Below are positions 39,020-50,539 of a DNA stretch of 64,000 bases, piece after piece. The notes beneath the pieces are model-generated. The model made no database searches. It saw only the letters and a list, made by a program, of their open reading frames with translations, and was not told the origin of the DNA. How positions within the stretch are numbered: position 1 is the first letter of the stretch; the number at the start of each line of letters is the position of its first letter. A program made the position numbers and the translations under genes. This DNA is from Lama glama (lineage: Eukaryota), in NCBI GenBank assembly GCA_028534125.1, contig CM052816.1, forward strand, positions 21,516,001 to 21,580,000. Direction: 5' to 3'.

Positions 39020-39200
39020 CAGCAATAATAATAGGAATGATGAGTACAGTGTATTGAGTGCTCACTGTGTGTCTTGTATTATCTCATGGGATTTCAAAGT
39101 TGCCATATGAAATGGGTGCTCTCTTTATCCCCATTTTACAAATGAGGAAATGAAGGCACAGAGCAATGAAGTGGCCAGCCCAAATTCTAGAGGATTGGTA
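39020..39200. mobile_element. MIR SINE
   Basis: tattgagtgctcactgtgtg...ttatccccattttacaaatgaggaaatgaaggcacagag. Confidence 0.75.
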
Positions 39201-39814
39201 AAAGGAATCGCTTAATCATTTATTCAGCTGTCATTGAGCACCTGCTCTGGGCCAGACTCTGTATGGGTCACAAAGCAGACATAGTCACTGCCTCCACAAA
39301 GCTCAAGATCAAGCATACCTCACAGGACAGATCAGGTGTGCACATGTGCATGCATGAACCTAGCAATCCTGGGTGGGGCAGGCTTTGTTCTGGGCCACTA
39401 GAAGCCTCACTCTCTGGCTAGAGAGGAAACGAGGCACCCCCTGCTCATCCTTCTCCAGATGGACAGAATTCTAAAACCTGAACACATTCATATAATCATT
39501 TTAGATAACTGATGCTTGCACAAGGCTAAGCACTTAAAGCATAGGATACTTAATATAATGGATACGTAATATAGTGGATACTTAATATATTGTTGATGAA
39601 CAAATGTTGTACAATTAGGAGTAACAGAAAATAAGTTTGGAAATGTCCTTTGAAATCACTGTCAACCTTGAACTCCCCCAAGTAGCCAAAGTCGAGCAGT
39701 TTTAGCCTTTCCCAAAGCCATAAAGGATCATAAAGATAAGTGTATCTCTGTGACCTGCATCGGACTGAGAATCTGGAAGGCAGCCTGATGTTGAGCAAAG
39801 AGCATAGGCTCTCT

Positions 39815-39982
39815 CGGGTTCTGCCACTTCTGGCTGTGTGACTTTGGGCCACTCATTAGCCCCCTTTTTCAACTTCAGAGAAGTGACAATAATACTCCCT
39901 CCTGAGGTTGTCGTGAGCATTGGACAGGGAATGTAAGTAGAGTGTCTGACACTAACCATCACAGGCCTCATTAAATGGTAGT
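39815..39982. mobile_element. MIR SINE
   Basis: ctgccacttctggctgtgtgactttgggcc...gaggttgtcgtgagcatt. Confidence 0.7.
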
Positions 39983-40419
39983 TCCCTTTCTAGTAATCTC
40001 ATGCCTTTGTCCTAAGCAAAACCATGACGTACAACAAGCAGCATTAATGAGTAAGCAAAGCAGGTTACACTTAAACCTGACTAGGCAGAAGAGATTCTTA
40101 GAAATAATAACTTTATATTCAATGACTAAAAACTAGACAAGCTTTTACCACAAGGTGTAAAATCTCTTTACAAATGGACTTCAATCTCAGAGATGACTGT
40201 GAATGAAAAATTAGCTATAGTCCATTTAAATGAAAAATGGATTTCTCTTGTAGTTATTTTTTCATTCTGGGGGGAAAATAGGAAGTAGTAGTTAGTTAAT
40301 AATAGATTATACATTCACTCTAATTTCCTTTTTATAACTCAGTTGCAGATTTAAAGCTGGAAATTTCCTGACCATTGTAGGGGAGGAGGGGGAGCTGGCT
40401 ATTTAATTCTTTTTGTATA

Positions 40420-43230
40420 AGAGCTTTATTGAGATACAATTTATATACCATAAAATTCTTTTTTTTTAATGTCTACAATTCAGTGTTTTTTTTTTACTAT
40501 AATCACAGAGCTGTGCAATCATCAGCACTATCTAATTTCAGAATGGTTTCATCACCCCTGAGAGAAACCCCATACCCATTAGCAGTCACTTCCCATTCTC
40601 TTTCCCAGCTCCTGGCAACCACGAGTATACTTTCTGTCTCTATGGATTTGCCTATTCTGGACATTTAATATAAGTGGAATCATACAATATATGGTCTTTT
40701 GTGATTGGCTTCTTTCACTTAGCACAATGTTTTCAAGGCTCATCATGTTGTATGAGTATCAGTACTTCATTTCTTTTTATGGTTGAATAATATACCATTG
40801 TGTGAGTTTACCACATTCTATTTATCCATTTATCAGTTGATAGACATTAGGGTTGTTTCTACTTTTTGGCTATTATGAATAAAGCTGCTATAAACTTCTG
40901 TGCACATATTACATGGACATATGTTCTCATTTCTCTTGGGCATATATGAGGAGTCGAATTGCTGAATCATATAATAAATCTATATTTAATCTCTTTAGGA
41001 ACTCCCAAAATGTTCTCTAAAGTGGCTGTGTCTTTTTACAATCCCAACAGCAATGAATGAGGGTTTCAATTTTTCCATATTCCTATCAACACTTGTTATT
41101 GTATGGCTTTTTAACTTGAACCATCCCAGTGGGTGTTAAAAAGTATTTCCATTGTGGTTTTGATTTGCATTTCCATAATGACTAATAATACTAAATATCT
41201 TTTGTGTTGAATCTGCAGATCAACTTGGGGAGTGTTGCCATCTTAACAATATTAAGACTTCTGCTTCATGAACAGAACATGAGATGTCTTTCCATTTATT
41301 TAGGTCTTCTTTAATTTCTTTCAAAGATGCTTTGTAGTTTTCAGAGAATAAGTTGTGCATATTCCTGAAGAACTTCCTTTAGTATTTCTTGTAAGGCAGC
41401 AGCGCTAGCAAAAATTCTTTGTGTGTGTTTGTGTGTCTGGGAATGCTTTTATTTCATTTTTGAAAGATAGTTTTGCTAGATATAGGATTTGTGATATGAT
41501 GTCTTTTTTCTTCCAGCACTTTAAATATGTTATCCCACTGCCTTCTGGCCTCCGCTGTTTCTTGTGAGAAGTCAAATATAAATCTTATTGGGATTCCCTT
41601 AGATGTGACGTCATACTTTTCTTACTATTTTCAAAATTTTCCCTTTGTCTTTGTCTTTGAGTAGTTTTACCATGATATGTCTGCGTGTGAAACTCTGTTT
41701 CTTCTACCTGGAGTTCGTTGTGCTGCTGAGCTGTATAGATTAATGCTTTTCATCAAATTTCAGGAAATCTCAGTATTTCTTTCACTATTTTTTCTGCTCC
41801 TTTCTCTCTTCTCCTAGTGTTCCCATTATGCATGTGTAAGTTTCGTTAATAATGTTTCAAATTTCTCTAAGACCCTGATCATTTCTCTTCATTCCTTTTT
41901 TCTCCCTTTTTTGGATTACATAAGTTCTGTCGCTCTGTCTTCCAATTTGCTGATTCTTTCTTCTGTCTGTTCAAATCTATTACAAGGCTCACTAGTGAAT
42001 TTTTAATTCCAGTTACTGTGTATTTCAACTCTAGAACATCTATTTGATTCTTTGTTTAATATAACTTTTATTTTTATCTCCTAATTGGTATTCTGCATTT
42101 GACGAGACATTGTCATCATACCTTCTTTTACTTTTTAAAGTATAACTTCCTTTAGTTCTTCGAATATATTTGTAATGGCTGCTTTGAAGTCTCTGTTAAA
42201 TCTGTCATCTGTGCTCTTTCAGGCAATTTGTTTCCTCCTGCTTCCCTGTGTATGGGTCATGTTTTCCTGTTTCTTTGCATGTCTTGTAATATTTTGTTAA
42301 AAACTGGACATTTTAGGAAATATATTGTGGAAACTCTGAGCACTGAACACCCCTTAAACCTGAGGGTGCTTGTTTTTATTTTCGGTAGCTTGTTTATTTA
42401 TTTAATGACTTGGCTGGACTCTTAGTGAAGTCTATTTCCCTTGCAGTGTGAAGTCTCTGATGTTGCTCCTCAGAGGGCATAGCCTTGGGCATGTGCACAG
42501 TCACCCTGGGATAGCAATGATTTTAGCAGGGCTCTTTTTGACTGTCTCTTTCCCTGGTTTTTCTATTTAGCTGTTCGCCTCTGCTGATATCATATCTAGC
42601 TGTTAGGCTCCACCAATTGCTGGCTGATTCCTTTATTGTTTCAACAGTGCCCTGGGGCATAAAACATTTCCTCATCTAGTTCAATTAAATTCAAGATCAT
42701 TTGCAGGAGGAGTTTTGAGGCATGGTTTTGAGGTTTGTTCAGACTCCTGGAGGACTGTTCTGAGCTGTTCTTTTTCTGGTTCTCTCCAGTAAACTAGTTG
42801 CCTTATGGGTTAGCTTGTTGCTCTAATGAAGCTACCAGTCTCCTTTTTTTTTTAATTGTTTACCATCACAATCTCCATTGTTTTAAAGAGCACTCGTAGG
42901 CTTCAACGTCTGCACATACTGTTTCAAATGAAGTTATTTCCTGCGGGGACAGCTTTAGAGCTCTCTGTTGTTATGGACTACTTCTCCCCCTGGGGAAAAT
43001 CTCTGAGCCCCTGCTCTGAAGTTGGAGAAAGGGAAAGCAGCCCTCAGAATGACACTTCTGCTTTATGAGTTGGATGCTGGTCCTTCTTTTCAGCTTGCAT
43101 CACTTATCATGGAATTTCCACTCTACAACAAGCTGGGACAAGGACAACCAGCCCAATATTCTCAGCCTGTAGAACCAGGGGTAGAGCCGCTACTATGTGA
43201 GAAGGGGCTGAGTGGAGTATTGGATTCCCC
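40420..43230 (-). mobile_element. Composite L1 block: L1MB-like 3' end, short ORF2 piece, and ORF1/5' region remnants
   Basis: Antisense L1 3' UTR at about 40420-41200, followed by abrupt junctions into upstream L1-like sequence. Confidence 0.75.
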
Positions 43231-43771
43231 AATATTCTGGTTGCACTCACCAGGAATTAAAGATTCTCTAACTCAGAGATCAGGAGATGGAAGAAGGCTA
43301 AATCTTAAAATATTCTCATTATCCTTCTTCATATTAGAGGTAAAGAAAAAGCACTCACTAGTGGAGAGTCCTCAGTGAAGAGTTCTGTGGTCATCAGAGG
43401 CTGAGCCAAAGCAAAAGACCCAGGGAGTTTAAGTGGGCTGGTGGGGATGGGAGTGGAGGGGCCTGAGGAAAGAAGGAGCACTCAGAGACCTGGCTATCCC
43501 CCTTGCATCCCGACATTGGATCTACCACAGCTCTACCAGGCTCCATTGTGGGAACGAGACCAAATGGGATGGGATCTGTACCAGTCACACAGCATCAAAG
43601 AGAAACTCTAGAAGGTGCCACTGTGAACCTGCCCTCCAGTCCTCCAAACAGAGCAGGAGCCACCAGCCCTGGGCTGTCTGTGCCAATTGCTAGGGTATGT
43701 GAGTCAACCTAGCCTTCCCCCAGAGCCTCCATTATCTCTGCACTACCTCTGGTTCAAATGGGGATCCCTGC

Positions 43772-44254
43772 TGTGAATGAAAAATACTGCAAGCCATATC
43801 AGTAAACAAAGAATGCTGTGGCCATCAAGTCATCAGCTGCTACTGCCAACTCAGGATGCAGACAAGCAGGCAGCCCCCAAAGGTGCATCCTGAGAGAACT
43901 GAGAATGTGAAAGGACAGGATACTGGCCCTAGATAGCTAGGTGCTTGTCAAAGGAATGATTTCAATGAGCCCAGACATTTGCTCCCTCCCATACATAGAA
44001 AAGCGCTTAATTATTTAATTTGAGATAATCTGATTTTCTTTAGTTAACAGTAAGTAATGTTTTAATGTTCTGACTACCCGGTCTTTGTTTTAAAACTCCT
44101 GTATATCCTGGCTCCTCCCCTACCTCTTTGGAGCAGTCCCTCAGAATGATTTGAGAGGCTGTCATCCCGGGCTCAAAGAGGGTTGAGTCCTCAGAAGTCC
44201 GCCAAGTAAAACATAACTTTCAACTTTTACGTTGTGCATTTATTTCAGTTGACA
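43772..44254 (+). mobile_element. ERV1-type solo LTR (483 bp)
   Basis: TG...CA termini, perfect 4-bp TSD CTGC (43768-43771 and 44255-44258), TATA-like gtatat and AGTAAA poly(A)-like signal. Confidence 0.85.
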
Positions 44255-46059
44255 CTGCCTTTCTTTTGAACTCCAGAGATACACTTTAAACTAAACCGAA
44301 GTTTCAGATAACAAGGCAGATCTGCATTACCTTTGAATATAAATCAAATTTAGCCTGTCCCTAATAAGAAATCACAGTCCCATCAGAGGCCCGAGGCACC
44401 TGCAGTTCCTCTGACCAGTTCTGCCAAAGCTTTGTTTTTGTCAACACACCACATAATCTCTTAGACAAAGTGTGAGGGTTCTGCTGCCCACCAGGAGAGA
44501 GAGACAAAGTCTGTTTATCTCTTTAACTTGGCAGGAGGTGTGGGTGAAGCAGCCTCCAGAAGGCATATTCTGATATCCTGGTGGCCTCTGTCAGAGCAAC
44601 ACAGTTTAGAGGCAACAGGCAAACTGTTTGGGGTGAGGCAGCTGATAAACAGAGGAGCACCTTCAGGCCAGAGATAGGGAAAGCCCCTAAATCTTTATTT
44701 GTCCTCTTGCTGAACCATTGACTGTAAATAAAAGTCTGCTGGTGTTGCCTAGAGGTGGAGGTCCCCACTTTATTCCCTTTGGAATCTGGCACAGCGCAGG
44801 TCTGAGTAAACTTGGCTAATACTCAGGCTGTCCCAGCAGCCAAGTTGCCAGTCTCATGCTAGCCAGCAGTATTCCAGGGCAGCCTGCAGACCTCGTGGAG
44901 ATAACAGCTTAAACTTGCTTCCTGTTCACACTCTTCACCTTTGGCAGAGACCACCCAGGCCCCAAGGGAGGTACATCCCTGTGAGCTGCCATATGGAGTC
45001 CCATGCACTTGTCAACCAGGCTTGGTCTGTCTCACTGTTCCCTTTTGCTGCTCCCAGTGCCTCCCATAAGCACCCTGTTTGCAGAGAACAAGGCCCCCAT
45101 GTTCCTGTTTCGTATCTTTGGGCTGTGGGTGGAGCACCAGCGTATCCTGCTCTGTCCACTCTCTGATCCCAGGTCCCAGGAAACACAGCACAAGGCTAGT
45201 GCCTCCTGAGGTCCAGGTCCTTTACTGGATGCTCCTTCATGTTTTAGGCCATTCAGCTGGTCCACTCATGGACTCCTAAAGGATGCAGCCAGCTGGAGAG
45301 AGGATAGAAATCATTATGGTAGAGCAGTAACCCTGTCTCAGGTCACTGATGACAAAAAACTGATCTTTACCAAACAAGCCTCAGAGCCTCAGGGCCTCTG
45401 GAGCATGAAGCCTGGCTCAGAGGTGACTGCCTAATTTTTTCCAGCCCGAAGGGGGTCATCTACCTAATGATGTTCCATGGAAAAAGAGGACATGTTTGAG
45501 GCAAAGGCTAGCCCATGCTTAGACCCTGGCCAAGAGCCAGATTCACCCCTGCTGCTTGCCCCGTGGCCCTGCTGCTGAATCTAGGCCCCCTGGAGAGAGG
45601 GCATTTGCTCCTTCAGCCTCAGGGCAGGAGGCTCCTGAGCTTCCTTTCACCCATAAGGCCTTTGCTCCCTGGGGTCTGTGGCACTAAAGTGCTGGATGGA
45701 GGGTCATGCCCATGGAGACTGGTCTCACCACTGCGGTAGATCTCAGTGACAAAGACTCCATCATCAGGCAGATCGTCTGGGATGCTTGGGGTCCCTTCCT
45801 TCCCCAGCAGAAGCTTCAATCCCACGCGTTGGGCCAGATCCCACCAGCCCCTGCTCCTGTTCCTATGCTCCCACCCTACGGATAACTTAGCTAAGAGGTG
45901 ACTGGTGCTCTTCCCTGGGGGCAGACACAGGCTCCTCTAGCCCTGACTCCAGAGACAGATGAAGGACCTCACCCTGGATTTTTACATTCTTTCTCCTTAA
46001 AGTGGGAAATAATTTGGTTCAAGCTGGAACAACCAGAGCAACGAAGTAAAGAAGGATAG

Positions 46060-46915
46060 TATTAGGTCATGACTCATGGAATAAAATAAATACGCCTAAG
46101 TCTGTACTGATATGAAGTAATAATTGTATAAGTAAATGCGAGTGAAAAGGAAGCTCTTCTTTACAGAAGAATTCCAGTTAATAAATAGGAATGAATGTGG
46201 GAGATGGAAAATCACCGCTAGGCAAACACCCACAGGAATAGTTGTTCCAGTGAAAGTCTAGTAATGGATGTTAAAATCACTCGGTAGAATGTCCAGGAAG
46301 AAACGGGATGTTTGTACAGTCTCAAAGTATCTCCCTCAAGATATTTATTAATTATGAAGGGGAAAAAATAGTAACTTTACAGTGGAGAAACCCAGCAGAC
46401 ACCGACTTAGCCAAGTAATCAAGGTTAATGTCACCAGTAGTCAGCCACATCAACATCATGTGCCTGCTGGTAAGATGCCCCGAGGACATATCACTTCCCT
46501 GGTATTCTTACCAAAAAGGGCACAAACTCAGTCTCATCATGAGAGAAATCACACAAATCCAAATTGAGGGACGTTCATCAAAACAACTGATAGACTCATA
46601 AAAAGTGTCAAGATCATGACAAACTGAGGAACTGTCACAGACTTGGGGAGACAAAGGACTTGACAACTAAATACAATGTGGGATTCTGGGCTGGATCCTA
46701 AAACAGAAAAAAACAGTAGTGGAGAAATTGGTAAAATTCGAGGTCTATAGTTTACCTAATAATATGGTCACCAATGTTAATTTCCCAGTTTTGATAAATG
46801 AATTATGGCTATGTAACTTGTAGACATTAGGGGAAGCCAGATGGAAGGTATATGTGAATTCTCTGTGCTATTTTCACAACTTTTCTCTAAATGAAAATTA
46901 TTTCCAAATGAAAGT
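46060..46915 (+). mobile_element. L1MC/ME-like 3' UTR
   Basis: aactttacagtggagaaacccagcagacacc...aaaattatttccaaatgaaagtt. Confidence 0.75.
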
Positions 46916-47624
46916 TGTTGTTTTTTCTAAGTGATTCTTAGCCCTGCCCAGGACAAATAAATTGGACTTCACAAACAGCCCTCAATGAAGGAGACTACCT
47001 CACACACCTAAACACACAGACAGATGCACCTATTCAGGTCCCAACTCAGACAGCAGGTTCCTGCCTCCTGGCATTCTTTGAAAGGCATCTCCACAGCAGA
47101 ACATGCCATCCTCGAGTCCCTGGCTGACCTGTCTTCCCTGTGGAGGAGCCAGAGGGTCATTTCAGGTGGGCTTCTCTGTTCCAGAAGGTATTGCCATCAG
47201 GAGATCCCATACAGAGGTATAAAGCAGAGACAGTCTGAGGATGGTCCCTCTAGCTGTATGGTGCCAGAGGGATGCCGAGGACTTGCTCAGGGCCCCTGGG
47301 CTTGATGTTATCAGGGACCTGAGGCCATTTTTAACCCCGGCACAGTATTTGGACCTGTGTCCTATTATCTGGGCCCTAGAATTCCACTCTGGAAAAAGAG
47401 GGCTCTGTCACCAGCAAGTCTCATCATCCATTAAACAGGCTGCAACCTTAACCTTAGAACGACTCCCACAGTGTCACCAGCCACAGGTGATGAGACCTTT
47501 ACCACCCCTCACCCATCCACCTATGACGACCATTTGCTGGCGCTACAGATGTGGTGTGGTGCATGATCTCACTGAAGCCTCCCAACAACTCAGATAAGTG
47601 GGGCATTCTTATGATCCTCATTTT

Positions 47625-48420
47625 AAACAGCTGTAATAAAATTCACATAACATAAAATGTGCCATCTTAATGATTTTTAAGTGTACAGTTCAATAGAGTT
47701 AAATGTATTCACACTGTTGTGCAACCAATCTCCAGAACTCTTTTCATCTTACAAAATGAAACTGTATATCCATTAAACAACTACCCATTTCCCCCTCCCA
47801 CCTTGGCAACTACCATTCCACTTCTGTTTCTGTGAGTTTGACTACTCTCCGTAACTCATATAAGTGAAATCATACAGTTTTTGCTTTTTTGTGACTGGCT
47901 TATTTCACTTAGCATAATGTCCTCAAGGTTCATTTGTGTTGCAGCATGTGTCAGAAAGTCCTTCCTTTTTAAGGTTGAATAATATTCCATTGTGTGTATA
48001 CACCGTATTTTATTTACCCGTTATCCATTGCTGGACATTTGATTTGCTTTTACCTTTTGGCTATTGTGAATAATGCTGCTATGAATATGGGTATACAAAT
48101 ATTTCAAGACCCTGCTTTCAATTCTTTTGGATATATACCCAGAAGCAATATTGCTGGATCATATGGTAGTTCTATTTTTAATTTTTGAGACTGCCACACT
48201 GTTTTCCATAGTAGCTGCACCGTACTACATTCTTACCAACAGTGCATGAGGGTTCCAAATTCTCCACATGCTTGCTTGTTATTTTGGGGGAGGGTTGTTT
48301 TGTTTGTTTGGTTTTGGTTTTGATAGCAGTCAATCTAATGGATGTCAGGTGACATCTCACTGTGGTTTTGATTTGCATTTCCTTAATAATTAGTGATGTT
48401 GAGCATCTTTTCACTTGCTT
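47625..48420 (-). mobile_element. L1MA-like 3' end inserted into a MIR
   Basis: Antisense L1 3' UTR; MIR halves at about 47560-47625 and 48421-48540. Confidence 0.85.
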
Positions 48421-50539
48421 GTATCCCCTTTTATAGACAAGGAGACTGAGGCACTGAGCAATGATGTAACCTGCTAAAGTCATCCCACTGGTTAAAGACA
48501 GGGTCAGAAGTGGCCCTCTGGTCTGACTCCAGAACTCCTCCTTGTGCCATCGCCTCTCTGGGGAGAACCACCCCACCCTACCCACTTTCAAGCTACTCCT
48601 TTCCTTCCTCCCAACTACTAGTGCCCCTTTGCCTTTTATTTTACTCCTAGCACCCAAAAAGGAAGCCAGGAAGTGAAAGACTGCTGGAAAAAGCAAGTCC
48701 TGGTGTGTATGTGTGAGAGTGTGATGATGTGCCTCCCCAGAGGTACCCACAGGCCCCTGTGAAGAGCACAACAGGGATAGCTATGTACTTGTAAGCCAGG
48801 AGCTACCCACCCCTCACACCTTGAAGTGAACAAAACAAGCAAGAAAGGGGAAAGAGACAAGTCAGCCCAGCTGTCAAGGAGGGCTGCAGCCAGTAGGGCC
48901 AGCTCCAGCTCAGGTGCTGACGACACTTCCAGGACCAGAGGATGGGCAAGCACTAGGAGCCCCTGCTAGGAGATCAAAGCCAGAGAAGCACGGCCACCTC
49001 AGGGACCAGGGTCAGCATAGTGCCAATGCTGAGGGGAATCAAGAGGTGCTCCACATACTGAGTCCACTTTCCACAGTTCCTATTGACTCCACAGCCACTG
49101 CTCTTACCTGGCCACCAGTCTCCTGCCAAAACAATTCCCACAGCTTCCTCACTGGTCTTCTTGTTTTTCATAGCAGTGAGAGTGAGTTCTTACTCAAAAC
49201 ACAAATCTGGCCATGTTACCTCTTCCTTTGAACCCTTACTATTTCCTCACTGTCTTCAGAATAATGTCAACTCTTCAACATTCTTACAAGGCCATTGTGA
49301 AGATACCCCTGCAGACATTTCTAGCCTCACCTGCCATTCCTTGAGTTCCAGGCCATCTTGATCTATGAAATCCCATCCCCAGAATCTGCCATGTTCTTTG
49401 CCTGGTCACATTTCCAGACTCAGCTCAAATTTTAACACCTCTTCTTAAGAGTATTTCCTCACCCTGCTATCTCCACAGAAAAGGTAATTTTTGCCCCAGG
49501 TCACACAGTAAGCCTGTCAGGATTTGAATTCAGGTTCCTGAACCCTGTTCCTAACCAGGTATGATGTTAGCTGACTCTAACATGGCCAGTGTGCCCTGTG
49601 GGCATCTGAGCTTTGAAAGCACAAGGCCAGGCATGGTATCCTATTACTGTCCCACTGTGCTGAGGAAAGGAGATAGAAGACTAGCAGACACTATGCTCAG
49701 GTTTTCACATAGAGCAGAGGAGAGGCCAGAAGCTGGGAAATTCTACATGCCTGATTTAACAGCAGAAAACGAGTCTATGAGGGTAACCTCTTCAGAAGAT
49801 GTGTGCTGATCGAGCATCTCCTGGTCCTTATCAAATGCAAAATAGGAAATGCAGAGGACAAAGTATGTCTATATCTTGACTCTTGAAACTTAGAAATCCT
49901 GCCACTAAACCATGTCGGATGGAAGGGAGTAATGGCATAAGCTGGAGCCCTTGTCCACCTCTAGGCCCTGTGCTCAGATGGTCTCTGTGAGTCTGTCTCT
50001 TCATGAGTGCCTTGAGGTCAGGGTTTCCTGCACTTTGCCAGTATCAGGAGGTTCTCTGCTCCTTTCTAGAGAAATTGGAGCCTCAGGACAGGACCCAAGC
50101 CTCACCATAGAGAATGACAGAGCAGGAGACCCTCTGATGCTTCCAGAAGTCTGTGGGCAGGGAACAGGCCAGATCTGCCAAAGCCCTGCCCAGCAGCAGG
50201 GCTCTTCTTTGTGTCTGCATGTGGGCTCAGCAGCAGCCCCCACACCTTTCCTCAAGCCTGTGGCAGGAACTTGACTCAGGCTGTACATCTGGGGAGCCTG
50301 GGGCCGGTGGTGTCTAGACTCTTGGGAAACAACTTGGTCTGTTGTGAAACTGTCAAAGGAAAAGGCAGATGACAACGGCCTCCTTTCTTTCTTCTCCGTC
50401 CCCTTCATATTAGACAGAACAATTAGGAATGAGCCTAGGTGAGTTCTGCTCTCTCTGGCTGCACAACCCTGTCGTGCGTCAGCCAGGTTTGATGAAGAGT
50501 CGGGGACGCTGATCCAGGCATTGCCAGGGAGTCTAGGCG

